Shown piece by piece: positions 40,087 to 50,144 of a stretch of DNA of 64,000 bases. The position numbers and the translations under genes are program-made. Each line of letters starts with the position of its first letter. Positions within the stretch are counted from its first letter, which is position 1. Where the stretch lies: contig JBHYGA010000001.1 of the NCBI GenBank assembly GCA_051859245.1, forward strand, positions 352,001 through 416,000, read 5' to 3'. Under the pieces are notes generated by a model, which saw only the letters and a list, made by a program, of their open reading frames with translations, was not told the DNA's origin and searched no databases. The stretch is from Gemmatimonadaceae bacterium (lineage in GTDB: Bacteria; Gemmatimonadota; Gemmatimonadetes; Gemmatimonadales; Gemmatimonadaceae).

Positions 40087-40800
40087 TCAGTACACGCGAA
40101 TGGTCACAAGTTGCGGCAGATCAATCACGCGCTTCGTTGTGCGGTCGCGCTGCGCCTCTTGCACCAGCTCCGCCGCTCGCTCAACACCGGTGCGACGCAG
40201 CAGCAGCTCCGCCATCGACAGTACCGATTCGTTGGTGGCACGAATGGATCCATGCGATACCGCTTTGCCAATGGACGCAGGCGCGTTGGTACCATGAATG
40301 CTGCGCGGCAGATCGTACACAAGTTGTGCGTGGCCAAGCGGATTGTCGGGATCGCCGGGCTGACTGCCCTTTTCCTCTTCCGCCCAGGACTCGTCGGTGG
40401 GCGGAATCCACTCGGGATTCAGCACGACCTGACTGATGGTCCACTCACCCGTGCGCGTGGGCCATTCCTTTGAACCGACGGCGATGTCGTGCTGTGCGAG
40501 CGTGTCGGCGAACGCGTCGAGTACGCGCACGCGTCGCGCGGCAATGTCGACTTCCACACGGATGTCCACCGAATCGCGAGCCGCCAAGTCGTCGAGTGTG
40601 GCTTGCAGCGTGCGGAGTCGAACCAAGCGCAGTTCACGCGCGACGGAATCAGCGGCGACGGCGAGCTGAACAGAGTCTTCTGCAGCGCGACTGGAGTCCA
40701 TTGTGGAAACCGTTCCTGAGCGATCGGCATCCGACCCTGTACACGACGCACAAGCGACAACCACACACAGGACGCGAACGAACAGGCGATGAGGAGACAT
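40087..40800 (-). CDS. YkuD L,D-transpeptidase family lipoprotein (Cys replaced by Ser)
   Basis: IAVGSKEWPTRTG, NPEWIPP, PDNPLG, IHGTNAPASIGKAVSHGSIR. Confidence 0.85.
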   Translation of the reverse strand: MSPHRLFVRVLCVVVACASCTGSDADRSGTVSTMDSSRAAEDSVQLAVAADSVARELRLVRLRTLQATLDDLAARDSVDIRVEVDIAARRVRVLDAFADTLAQHDIAVGSKEWPTRTGEWTISQVVLNPEWIPPTDESWAEEEKGSQPGDPDNPLGHAQLVYDLPRSIHGTNAPASIGKAVSHGSIRATNESVLSMAELLLRRTGVERAAELVQEAQRDRTTKRVIDLPQLVTIRVY

Positions 40801-40958
40801 GAACCGGGATAGCGACAGTGTGAAACAAGGTCTGTACGATCCCTGAAGTCTATTGGTGTACGCTGCTGTGTTCGCTTCGGTGTGTGTGGTGAATCACAAA
40901 TGCTACGTATTTCGTTATCGCACGGACGTCGTGCCGCCATCAGTGCAGGTCGGAGTGC

Positions 40959-41357
40959 TCACGACGGCAACGTGTACGTGAACTCGTAGCTGTGCGAGCC
41001 ATTCGCGACAATAATCTTGAACTCGCCGGCCAGGCCAACCAGTTCGCCGGCTCCCGAGTCCGGCACCACCGTCACTGTCAAACTCGACGCACCACGGTTC
41101 ATGGTACCCGTGTGTTGTAGCACGAACGTTCCCCGTCGCCCGTGCAAGACACCGTCAACACGTTCGATCGCGACGTAGCCGGCCGATCCGGGCACGTCCG
41201 TCATCGCACTGAGCATCTGTCCCGACGTGGTCGCGATTAGGTCGCCGGAAATTGTCTTGTCGATCGAACGGCGACCGAGCGTGGAGCCATCGGGCTGACC
41301 CTCCATGGTCAAGGGCAGGAGCGTAACCACGAACTCGCCGCGAGCAGTCTGGTGCAT
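40959..41357 (-). CDS. DUF3224 domain protein
   Basis: GSAGYVAIERVDGVLHGRRGTFVLQH, VVPDSGAGELVGLAG. Confidence 0.88.
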   Translation of the reverse strand: MHQTARGEFVVTLLPLTMEGQPDGSTLGRRSIDKTISGDLIATTSGQMLSAMTDVPGSAGYVAIERVDGVLHGRRGTFVLQHTGTMNRGASSLTVTVVPDSGAGELVGLAGEFKIIVANGSHSYEFTYTLPS

Positions 41358-41375
41358 TGTTGATTCAATCCTGTG

Positions 41376-41654
41376 TTAGCGGTTGCTGGGGCCGCGCTCG
41401 AGCCCACGAACGATTCGTTCGACCGCATCGGCCGGGACGGTGCCGGTGCTCACGAGCAATCGCGACAGCTCTGCAACCACAAGCTGCAAGTCCGTCACTT
41501 CGCGTCGCAACGTGGCGATCTGATTGTTCTGTGTCTGATCTGTTGCCTGTCGTGACTGCAGAACACTTCGCAACTGCGCAACGTCGTCTTCGATGTCATT
41601 GATGTCGAACTGTTGTCCTACGTTTCCCAACAGCAGCATGCGGCCCCAACTCAT
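41376..41654 (-). CDS. Small hypothetical coiled-coil protein
   Basis: GGGAG RBS-like sequence upstream; MSWGRMLLLGNVGQQFDI. Confidence 0.6.
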   Translation of the reverse strand: MSWGRMLLLGNVGQQFDINDIEDDVAQLRSVLQSRQATDQTQNNQIATLRREVTDLQLVVAELSRLLVSTGTVPADAVERIVRGLERGPSNR

Positions 41655-41963
41655 GGATCAGCTCCCTTTTTCGTGAGTCGCGTTTTCCTGCACGTTGTCA
41701 ATAGAACGCGTGCGACGGCGTGGCGCCACCGCCCCGACTTGTGATTCTGGAGACTGGCAGTCGAATCACTAGCCTACCCATGCTTCCTGCCTCGGGACGA
41801 TAACACCGGGCGGTGCTGTTACGTGGCGTCATCGCCGCGATTGCGTGTCGTGAGTTGGCCGCGTCGTACGCAGAATGTGGTGGAAATGCGATGGCAGTAA
41901 TCGACTGTCGTGCAGCATTTCCGTCCGATCACCCTCGGATTGCCTCCTCTGCAACTTTGTCAC

Positions 41964-43295
41964 ATGCCACGTATAGCGATCTCTCCTGTCTCCCGCACGA
42001 GCACGTCGGCGGTTTTCGCGCCGACCGCGCGTGCTATCCTTGTAGGACTCACGCTCTTTCCTGCGCTCGCCTGCTCCGATCGCGATAGCGTTACGGAACC
42101 GTCTCCGATCGAGCAGCAGTCCAACCGTGTGATTCTTGATTGGAATCTCGCGACGCTGGATGCGCTCGTCGCACATGATGAGTACGCCAACGGACTGAAC
42201 GCGGTGCGTGTCTCCGCGATGGTACACACGGCCCAACATGACGCGCTCAACGCTGTGTATCCACAGTTCGAGCAGTACGCGTATCAAGGAAGCGACACCG
42301 CCGCGGATCCCGTCGCGGCGGCCGCTTCGGCGGCGCATGGCGTGCTCACGGCCTTGTTCCCTGCGCAGAAATCCACGTTCGATACGCGCCTGGCCGCAAC
42401 ACTCGACAGTATTTCGGATGGCGACGCGGAAACGCGCGGTGTCGCACTGGGCGCGCAGGCTGCCGCCGCGATCGTTGCGGCGCGCGTGAACGACGGTTCT
42501 GACACGCCGCTCGTTGGCGGATACGAGCCGGGAACCGGCCCAGGCAAGTATCAGCTCACGCTACCGTTCAACATTGCCTATGTGCCGGGCTGGAAAAACG
42601 TCAAGCCGTTTACGCTCACGAACGCCATGCAGTTTCGACCCGTCGCTCCTCCCGCACTCACGAGCGCCGCGTACACAGAGGCGTTCAACGAAGTCCGCAC
42701 GGTCGGCAAACTCGGAAGTACAACACGCACCGCCGATCAGACCGCGTATGCGAAATTCTGGTACGAGCTATCAGAAATCGGCTGGAACCGCATTGCGCGA
42801 ACGGTTGCCGAATCGCGCGGCCTCGGTCTGCAGTCCACGGCGCGCTTGTTCGCGCTGCTGAACATGGTGATGTCCGATGCGTACGTCGCCGGCTGGGATG
42901 CAAAGTATCACTACGACTTCTGGCGTCCAATCACGGCGATTCGCGCGGCCGATACCGATGGCAACGACGCGACGCTGGTCGATGCGGCCTGGGAACCGTC
43001 CGAGCCAACGCCTCCGGTGCAGGACTATCCGTCCACACACAGCGCTCTTGGCGACGCCGCGGCGGCGGTACTTGCCAACGTGTTCGGAGATGCGACGAGC
43101 TTCACGTTTGCGTCGCCTACGGCCGTGCCAGCGAACAGCACGCGCAGCTTTGCCAGCTTCACCGCGGCTGCGAATGAGAACGCCGATTCACGTGTGATGG
43201 CAGGCATTCATTTCCGCTTCGCGATCGTTGCCGGCCAGTCGCTTGGTCGCCAGATCGGGACGTGGGCAATCAACAATCATCTCCAGGTACGCTAG
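41964..43295 (+). CDS. Vanadium haloperoxidase / PAP2 family lipoprotein
   Basis: Lipobox ALAC; WDAKYHYDFWRP, YPSTH, SRVMAGIHF. Confidence 0.85.
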   Translation: MPRIAISPVSRTSTSAVFAPTARAILVGLTLFPALACSDRDSVTEPSPIEQQSNRVILDWNLATLDALVAHDEYANGLNAVRVSAMVHTAQHDALNAVYPQFEQYAYQGSDTAADPVAAAASAAHGVLTALFPAQKSTFDTRLAATLDSISDGDAETRGVALGAQAAAAIVAARVNDGSDTPLVGGYEPGTGPGKYQLTLPFNIAYVPGWKNVKPFTLTNAMQFRPVAPPALTSAAYTEAFNEVRTVGKLGSTTRTADQTAYAKFWYELSEIGWNRIARTVAESRGLGLQSTARLFALLNMVMSDAYVAGWDAKYHYDFWRPITAIRAADTDGNDATLVDAAWEPSEPTPPVQDYPSTHSALGDAAAAVLANVFGDATSFTFASPTAVPANSTRSFASFTAAANENADSRVMAGIHFRFAIVAGQSLGRQIGTWAINNHLQVR

Positions 43296-43327
43296 TTCGG
43301 CCTGCACGTGGCTGTCGGCGAACGAAG

Positions 43328-44560
43328 TCAGGTGATGTCAACCGCTCGAAGGGTGTCACGCGCGATCAGCAACTCTTCATCGGTTGGCACCACCCAGGCT
43401 TCGAGCGTGGATGAGGCGGTACTGCAGCGGCCTTCGCGACCACCGAGCAATGCGTTGTTCGCGTCTGGATCGATTGAAAGGCCGGCCCATTGCAGCCCAT
43501 CGCAAATGCGCGCACGAATTTCTGGCGCGTTCTCGCCAATGCCTCCGGCAAACAGAATCGCATCGGCACCGCCCATCGCCGCGAGGTATGCGCCGATGTA
43601 CTTGCGTGCTCGATAACAGAACATGTCGATCGCGAGCTTGGCTCGGCGATCGTCATGTTCACGCGCTTCCGCGAGCAGATCACGCATGTCATTGGTGAGC
43701 CCCGACACGCCGAGCAAGCCGGATTGGGAGTTCAGCAGCGCTTCCACCTGCGGCAACGACAAGCCTTCCTTGCTCGCGATATAGTCGAGGACGGCCGCGT
43801 CGATATCTCCGGAGCGCGTGCCCATGACCAGGCCTTCGAGTGGCGTGAATCCCATCGATGTGTCAACGGATTCGCCGCCCACGATCGCGCAGGCTGAACA
43901 CCCGTTCCCCAGATGCAGCGTGATCACGCGCACATCGGCTTTTGCTTTGCCGCTCAGCTGACGCCATCGATACGCCACGGAGCGATGCGACGTACCGTGG
44001 AATCCGTAGCGTCTGACCCGGTGGCGACGGTAGAGCGGATAGGGAATCGCGTAGAGATACGCGTGTTCTTCGAGCGTCTGATGGAACGCGGTGTCGAACA
44101 CGGCAACCTGTGGCACGCCTTCGCCGAGTGCACGCTGAGCCGCCCGAATGCCGGCGAGGTTATGCGGATTGTGAAGCGGCGCCAGTTCAATCATGTCCTC
44201 AATCGCACGCTCGACGTCGGGTGTTACGCACACCGACGTGGAGAATCGTTCTCCACCGTGGACCACACGATGTCCGACGGCATTGAGTTCGGCCCGTGAC
44301 GTGAGTCCCGTGCCACTCTCGGTCGACGTCACCCAGCTCACCAGCCACTCCACCGCGGCGTTCATGTCACGCAGCGACGCGGTGCGTCTGGTGAGCGATC
44401 CGTCAGGGCCGCGCAGGGTGATGACCGACTCGCCGCCGATGCGTTCGATCTGTCCGCGCGCCAGTTTTTCGTCGGCGTTGTTGGCGATCTGCTCGCGATT
44501 GGTGCGCACTACCTGAAACTTGAGTGTGGCCGAGCCGGCGTTCAGGACGAGTATGTGCAT
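43328..44560 (-). CDS. ackA: Acetate kinase
   Basis: [58 protein letters not shown]. Confidence 0.96.
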   Translation of the reverse strand: MHILVLNAGSATLKFQVVRTNREQIANNADEKLARGQIERIGGESVITLRGPDGSLTRRTASLRDMNAAVEWLVSWVTSTESGTGLTSRAELNAVGHRVVHGGERFSTSVCVTPDVERAIEDMIELAPLHNPHNLAGIRAAQRALGEGVPQVAVFDTAFHQTLEEHAYLYAIPYPLYRRHRVRRYGFHGTSHRSVAYRWRQLSGKAKADVRVITLHLGNGCSACAIVGGESVDTSMGFTPLEGLVMGTRSGDIDAAVLDYIASKEGLSLPQVEALLNSQSGLLGVSGLTNDMRDLLAEAREHDDRRAKLAIDMFCYRARKYIGAYLAAMGGADAILFAGGIGENAPEIRARICDGLQWAGLSIDPDANNALLGGREGRCSTASSTLEAWVVPTDEELLIARDTLRAVDIT

Positions 44561-44679
44561 GCGCGGTGCGTCGCGAGAGAGAGGTCCCCTGGCACAATAG
44601 TAAAGCGTAAAGAACTGCCGCTCAAGCACGCTCCAACGACGAACAGTTTCTTGTGCGCGCCTTGAGTCTGAGCTCTGGT

Positions 44680-45444
44680 CTATGCGGCATCCATTTCCGG
44701 GACACGCGCCAGGCGCTCGCGGCGCGCACGGAATCGACGAAGCAGCTCCGGTACCAACTCAGCGGGAAAGCTGCGATTGTACGACCCATCAAGTATGCGT
44801 CTGCCGTCGTGCGTGTCGCCGCGGCACGCGCGCTCCAGCGCCTGCGGCAATACGCGCAGCTGCGTTTCATACAAGCGCAAACTGAGATCGACGAGCGTGT
44901 CGTCCGGAAACTCATCAATGCGCTCTGACTCCAGCACAAGACCCGCATCAACGCGTTCGTTGATCAGATGCGCCGTGACGCCGAGTGGTAGCTCGCGATA
45001 GAGAGCCCATGCCAGTGCGTCGAGTCCGCGCACGTCCGGCAGGAGTCCCGGGTGTAAGTTGATAATGCCACCTGGCACGCGTTCAATCACCGCGCGTGAG
45101 AGGATGCGCGCGCCCGCAATGACCGCAACATGTGCGCCCAGTGCATCAAGCTCGAACAGACAGGCATCACTGTTGTGTGGCAATACGAGGTAGGGAATAT
45201 CGAGCGATCGGCAGAGCGCATGCGGCTCCATCAAGTCTGAGTGACGTGGCTTGAGACGAATCGCTGGTGCGGGTACCCGAAGCGAAACAGGCGGTGCCGC
45301 GATGACCGCCATAGGTGTTCGACCGATCGCCACCAGGCGAAGGATCACGTCCTGCGTTTTCTTGTGCGGAAAATCGTAAGCGAAAACAAGGGGGTGCGCG
45401 GCATCGTTGTGTTCGCCGCGCAAAAGTATTGCGTCATTCATCAT
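44680..45444 (-). CDS. Stand-alone formyltransferase family protein
   Basis: [29 protein letters not shown] (N, H, D catalytic residues); start uncertain. Confidence 0.78.
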   Translation of the reverse strand: MMNDAILLRGEHNDAAHPLVFAYDFPHKKTQDVILRLVAIGRTPMAVIAAPPVSLRVPAPAIRLKPRHSDLMEPHALCRSLDIPYLVLPHNSDACLFELDALGAHVAVIAGARILSRAVIERVPGGIINLHPGLLPDVRGLDALAWALYRELPLGVTAHLINERVDAGLVLESERIDEFPDDTLVDLSLRLYETQLRVLPQALERACRGDTHDGRRILDGSYNRSFPAELVPELLRRFRARRERLARVPEMDAA

Positions 45445-45666
45445 GGCATCGTCCAGCGTGCGTGCGCGATGTGAGGTCGAGCGGTTGTCTCCGTGATCCG
45501 TTGTACCAGTGCAGTATGTCATCGCGTCACATTCTCGCGTGCGTTTGCTGTGCGCACCACGATGTGTTTTGCAGCGCACTGCGTCGAGACGCGCTATGGC
45601 GGGATAAGTCGTATGACTTCAGGACGTGTGTGTGAAGTATAAGAGCGCACACTTTCTGGAGAACTC

Positions 45667-47064
45667 ATGAACAAGTTGTGCTTCCCTCATCTTCGCGCGA
45701 CGTATGCACTGCTGCTCGCGTGTGTGAGTATCACCGTTGTCGCGTGTGATTCCGATGCGACCGTTGCACCAGACGACACACCGGCATCGCTCTTGATTGA
45801 AGGCGGTGACAATCAGATCACGACAGCCGGGCAAGTACTTCCGCAACCACTGACCGTTCGTGTGCTTGATACCAACGGCATCCCATTGTCCGGTGTGTCG
45901 GTTCGATTTGTCGCCGAAGACGGCGGGACCACCGATCCCGCGATTGTCACCACCGGCGCTGACGGCCGTGCGTCGTCGCGCTGGACGCTGGGCCCGGCAG
46001 TCGCTCGTGGAGAAACACGACGCGCCCGTGCCGAGTTAACGTACGCATCTCGTACGGCGACGATACGCTTCTCGGCGCGTGCCGATGAGGCGGAAGCGCC
46101 ACCGAAAGAGCTGCGTGTGTTGGCGCTATCCACGTACGACGGCTCTGGGCAAACGGTACATCCGGATGTGCTGCCGTTTTCCGCATCAATGAATTGGTCG
46201 GCGTCGTGGCTGCTGGCGGTCACACCATATCCCTGGGGCAACGCCACGCACGAGAATCCCTCGGTGTATACAAGTCTCGACGGCGTGACGTTCAGCGAGC
46301 CACGTGCTGGATTGAATCCGGTTGCACGTCCGACGGCGGGCCATCTCAGTGATCCCGATATTGTGCAGGATCCCGTGACCCAACAGCTTCGATTGTACTA
46401 TCGTGAGGCGTCCGATCGAAACCGGATCTGGCTTGTTCAGTCGTTGGGTCTCACGCAATGGAGTGAACCGCGACTAGTCGCGAGTGGTCCGAACCACACG
46501 ATTGTGTCGCCATCCGTGTTGCGAGCGTCGACGGGTGAGTGGCGTATGTACGCCATTGATGGCGAGGGTGGATGTTCGGCATCGAAAGCGTGGCTCACGC
46601 TGCGCCGCTCGAACAACGGCGTGGACTGGGGCGCAGCGCAGCGCGTCTCGCTGGATCAACCGGGCTTCTCGCCGTGGCACGTTGAGGTGCAATGGATTCC
46701 TGAGCTTCGTGAGTACTGGGCGTTGTACAACGTGAAAACCGCCGGTGGTTGCACGACGTCAGCGCTGTATCTGGCAACGAGTCCTGACGGAGAGCAGTGG
46801 ACCACCTATCCATCGCCGGTGCTGACTCGTGGCGCGATCAAGGAGTTCGCCGACATCGTGTATCGCGCGAGCTTTCACTACGATGCCGCGCGCGATCTCG
46901 TGACGATGTGGCATTCTGGCGCACGCTATGCGTCCAACGGCTACGAGTGGCGCAGCGCCGTCGAGACACGGTCGCGCGCGGCCTTGTTCAGCGATGTGCG
47001 ACGAAAGTCTGTGGCAATTCCCGAGGGAACGCCCGGGGCGCCACCGTTGCTGACGTGGCCGTGA
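45667..47064 (+). CDS. Lipoprotein with Ig-like domain and beta-propeller glycoside-hydrolase-like domain
   Basis: Lipobox VVAC; GGDNQ...PLTVRVLD..G.P Big domain; blade motifs HPDV, SDPDI, SPSV, PWHVEV; Asp-box-like SxDG repeats. Confidence 0.65.
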   Translation: MNKLCFPHLRATYALLLACVSITVVACDSDATVAPDDTPASLLIEGGDNQITTAGQVLPQPLTVRVLDTNGIPLSGVSVRFVAEDGGTTDPAIVTTGADGRASSRWTLGPAVARGETRRARAELTYASRTATIRFSARADEAEAPPKELRVLALSTYDGSGQTVHPDVLPFSASMNWSASWLLAVTPYPWGNATHENPSVYTSLDGVTFSEPRAGLNPVARPTAGHLSDPDIVQDPVTQQLRLYYREASDRNRIWLVQSLGLTQWSEPRLVASGPNHTIVSPSVLRASTGEWRMYAIDGEGGCSASKAWLTLRRSNNGVDWGAAQRVSLDQPGFSPWHVEVQWIPELREYWALYNVKTAGGCTTSALYLATSPDGEQWTTYPSPVLTRGAIKEFADIVYRASFHYDAARDLVTMWHSGARYASNGYEWRSAVETRSRAALFSDVRRKSVAIPEGTPGAPPLLTWP

Positions 47065-47077
47065 GGTGAAGAGAGCG

Positions 47078-48568
47078 TCACCGCCCACCAAGGTGCTGCG
47101 CCAGTCGAAGCGCCAGCGCAACAATCGTCAACGTTGGATTGGCGAAGCCCGCGGTGGGCATCACGGAGCCGCCCGACACGTACAGGTTCTCAACGCCGAA
47201 CACGGCCCCGTGTGCGTCTACCACGCCGTTGTGTTCGTGCGTGGCCATACGTGTGGTGCCCGCATGGTGATGTGCACTCAGATCCGGCCGACGCCCGCGC
47301 TCGAAGCGCAGCGTTCCCAACCCGGCACCGCGAAACCACTCCGCCAAACAATCACGCAATCGGTCTAGCCGAGCCTGCTCCTCATCACTCCACTTCAGAG
47401 AGAGCAGCGGCAGCGGATTCCCGAATCGATCGTGACGCGTGCTCAACGCAATCCGATTCTGCGCGTCCGGTCGCTGTTCCAGATTGAGCACCATGCCAAA
47501 CTCGGTGAAAACGCGACCCGGCTGTCTCGACCATCCGTAACGACTCCGCTTGTGAGACGAGGCACCGGAAACACGGCGCAGCACGCGGTGCAGCACCGAG
47601 GGTCGTTGACTATTGCCTTCCCGAGGAATCAGCGTGATTGCCGCGTTCGGGATGTCCAGGCGATCGATACTTTCAGCGCGCAGCGAGAGCCGTCCGCCAA
47701 ACAGTGTGCCGCAACTCGCCCTGTTCAGATCGTAGAATGCGGCGCGAGCGAACAGCTCCGGCGAATCCGGCACCAGCGTCACGGAAAAGTCGCGCGCGTG
47801 TTCCATGAAGCCGCGACCAAGCCACTGCGCGTGTTCGCCAACACCAGCCATCAGCAACAGTCTCGCGTTTTCTACCGCACCGCAGGCGAGCACGACGCGC
47901 GGCGCCTGGATGTCTGACAGCGTACCACTTGCACCGGCCACACGCACGCCGAGCACGCGTTGCCGCGACCGATCAAGCAGCAAGGCGGTCACGGTGCACG
48001 ACGTAAGAATACGAACGCCGTCGAGCTGCTGCAGTTCGTCACGCAGCGCCTGGGTAAAGCGCTCCGCCGAGCCGAACTGGTAGACGCGTGAAGTCAGTCC
48101 TGTTCCGGTCACGTCGAACGGAAGTAGTCCCGGTTGTTGCCAGTCGGCCGCTTCGTAGGCAAACTGTCCGAGACCGCACACATCCTGCGCCGACGCGTAA
48201 AAAGGCTCCAGCTCCTTCCAGGCGAGTGGCCATGTTCTCACGTCACAGGCGTCGAGCGGCGCGTATTTGGCGCCTGGTTTGCTGCCAATCTCGACGTCCC
48301 ATATATTCGCCGAACCGCCAAAGTCCCGTGCGCGTGTGCGCTGGAGACCGGCGTATGGCTCCCCCACTACATCCCCGTCGTTCAGCGCCTGGTCGAGCGG
48401 AGCGGAGACACCGGAACCGCTTTCGAGCAGCGTGACGCGGTGCCCTGTGCGTCCGAGTGCGCGAGCCAGGGTAATGCCAGCAGGACCGGCGCCCACGATA
48501 CACACGTCCGCACACACGTCCGCTGCCGGCACGTCGACGATTCCCCGAGTCTGGATAGTAGATGACAT
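47078..48568 (-). CDS. GMC family FAD oxidoreductase
   Basis: IVGAGPAG, LACGAVENARLLL, GRGFMEH, HHAGTTRM, ANPTLTIVALA; start may be GTG at 48532. Confidence 0.88.
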   Translation of the reverse strand: MSSTIQTRGIVDVPAADVCADVCIVGAGPAGITLARALGRTGHRVTLLESGSGVSAPLDQALNDGDVVGEPYAGLQRTRARDFGGSANIWDVEIGSKPGAKYAPLDACDVRTWPLAWKELEPFYASAQDVCGLGQFAYEAADWQQPGLLPFDVTGTGLTSRVYQFGSAERFTQALRDELQQLDGVRILTSCTVTALLLDRSRQRVLGVRVAGASGTLSDIQAPRVVLACGAVENARLLLMAGVGEHAQWLGRGFMEHARDFSVTLVPDSPELFARAAFYDLNRASCGTLFGGRLSLRAESIDRLDIPNAAITLIPREGNSQRPSVLHRVLRRVSGASSHKRSRYGWSRQPGRVFTEFGMVLNLEQRPDAQNRIALSTRHDRFGNPLPLLSLKWSDEEQARLDRLRDCLAEWFRGAGLGTLRFERGRRPDLSAHHHAGTTRMATHEHNGVVDAHGAVFGVENLYVSGGSVMPTAGFANPTLTIVALALRLAQHLGGR

Positions 48569-50144
48569 GGCCCCACAACTGATCGTACTTGGAATTGATG
48601 CCGCCAGCCCGGCACTGATTGAACGGTGGGCAGGTGAAGGCAAGCTACCGGCGCTCCGCGCGCTCATGGATCGCGGGGTGTCCGGGACGGTGGCAGGAGT
48701 GGAGGGCTTCTACATCGGCAGCACGTGGCCGTCATTGTACACCGGTCTCAACCCGGCCCGCCATGGCATTTACCGGATCGAACAGTTCAAGAGCGGCACG
48801 TACACCTTCTTCAAACCGTTCGACGATCCCGATGGCATCGCGGGCACAACGTTCTGGAAGCGGGCGTCCGATGCGGGGCTGCGAGTGGCCGTGCTCGACG
48901 TACCGCTCAGTCGCCTGGAGTCGCAGCTCAATGGCGTTCAGTCTGTCGAGTGGGGTGGGCACGATTCCGTCTTCGGCTTTCGCGCCTCACCGCCGGCGTT
49001 CGCCGAACAGATCGTGGAACGTGTCGGGCCGTACCCGCTCCCCGAAGACTGCAACGGCGATCGGAAATCTGCTGCTGACTTCGAGGTGTTCGTGTCGGGA
49101 CTGGAGCGCGCGGCTGCTCTGCGAACACAGCTCACGATTGACGTGATGCAGCAAGAAGAGTGGGACCTGGTCGTGCAGGTGTTCACCGAAGCGCACTGTT
49201 GCGGACATCAGTGCTGGCATCTGCACGACGCAAGTAATCCCGCACATGATGCGACCATTCGCGCGGAACTTGGCGATCCGATGGAACGCGTCTATCGCGC
49301 GGTCGACGCCGGAATCGCGCGTATTCTCGAGCACGCAGGCGATGCGCCGGTGCTCGTGTTTTCAGCGCACGGCATGAGCTACTTTCGCGGCGCGCACTTT
49401 CTGCTGCCAGAAATTCTTCAGCGACTCGGTGCGACGGTCAAACGCGAAGCACCGCCTGCATCGCGAAGTGTTTCGCGTTCGTTTCAAGCCGTCGCGCGCG
49501 ACACCGTGGTGCGACTCTTGCCCGCATCGGTGAAGCAGGCACTACGACCAATGCGCCAGCGCCTGCGTGGCACGCCGGCACGACGCGATCCCTTTGCGTC
49601 GATTGACTTGCATCGCAGCCGCTGCTTCCCGATGGCGAATGGATTTCCGGTGGCCGGCATCCGGCTCAATGTCGCCGGACGCGAGCCGCTGGGCGTGCTG
49701 CAACCTGGGGCGGAAGTCGACGAGTTTTGTGCGCAGCTCGAGCGCGATCTGTTGGCGATTCGTGATGAGCGCAACGGCGAACCATTGATCCGGACGGTTG
49801 TTCGCACGAACACACTGTACCACGGCCCTCGGATTGATGCGCTCCCGGACCTGTTGGTTGAGTGGAATAGCGTGCCGACTGGCACCGTCGCCCACGGCAG
49901 CGGACGTCAGGCGACCGTGCGCGCAAGTTCACCGGCGATTGGAACGCTGCAGGGAGAGAATAATTGGGTGCGAACAGGCGAGCACGTGTCGCAGGGATTC
50001 TTTACGTTCCGCGGTCGTGGCGTTGGCGAAGGACAACGCAACGTGCTGGTTTCATCGCTCGACATTCATCCGACCATCTGCCACCTGCTCGGCATCGCGC
50101 ACCCTGATGTTGACGGTGTGGTGATCAAGGAACTGACAACGTGA
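48567..50144 (+). CDS. Alkaline phosphatase superfamily phosphodiesterase-like protein
   Basis: IVLGIDAAS, STWPSLYTGLNPARHG, FSAHGM, TGEH, DIHPTI. Confidence 0.82.
   Translation: MAPQLIVLGIDAASPALIERWAGEGKLPALRALMDRGVSGTVAGVEGFYIGSTWPSLYTGLNPARHGIYRIEQFKSGTYTFFKPFDDPDGIAGTTFWKRASDAGLRVAVLDVPLSRLESQLNGVQSVEWGGHDSVFGFRASPPAFAEQIVERVGPYPLPEDCNGDRKSAADFEVFVSGLERAAALRTQLTIDVMQQEEWDLVVQVFTEAHCCGHQCWHLHDASNPAHDATIRAELGDPMERVYRAVDAGIARILEHAGDAPVLVFSAHGMSYFRGAHFLLPEILQRLGATVKREAPPASRSVSRSFQAVARDTVVRLLPASVKQALRPMRQRLRGTPARRDPFASIDLHRSRCFPMANGFPVAGIRLNVAGREPLGVLQPGAEVDEFCAQLERDLLAIRDERNGEPLIRTVVRTNTLYHGPRIDALPDLLVEWNSVPTGTVAHGSGRQATVRASSPAIGTLQGENNWVRTGEHVSQGFFTFRGRGVGEGQRNVLVSSLDIHPTICHLLGIAHPDVDGVVIKELTT

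Noticed and set aside
48267..48566. 100-aa N-terminal extension of the phosphodiesterase ORF
   Set aside because: Overlaps the GMC gene on the other strand; family similarity begins at MAPQLIVLGID (48567).
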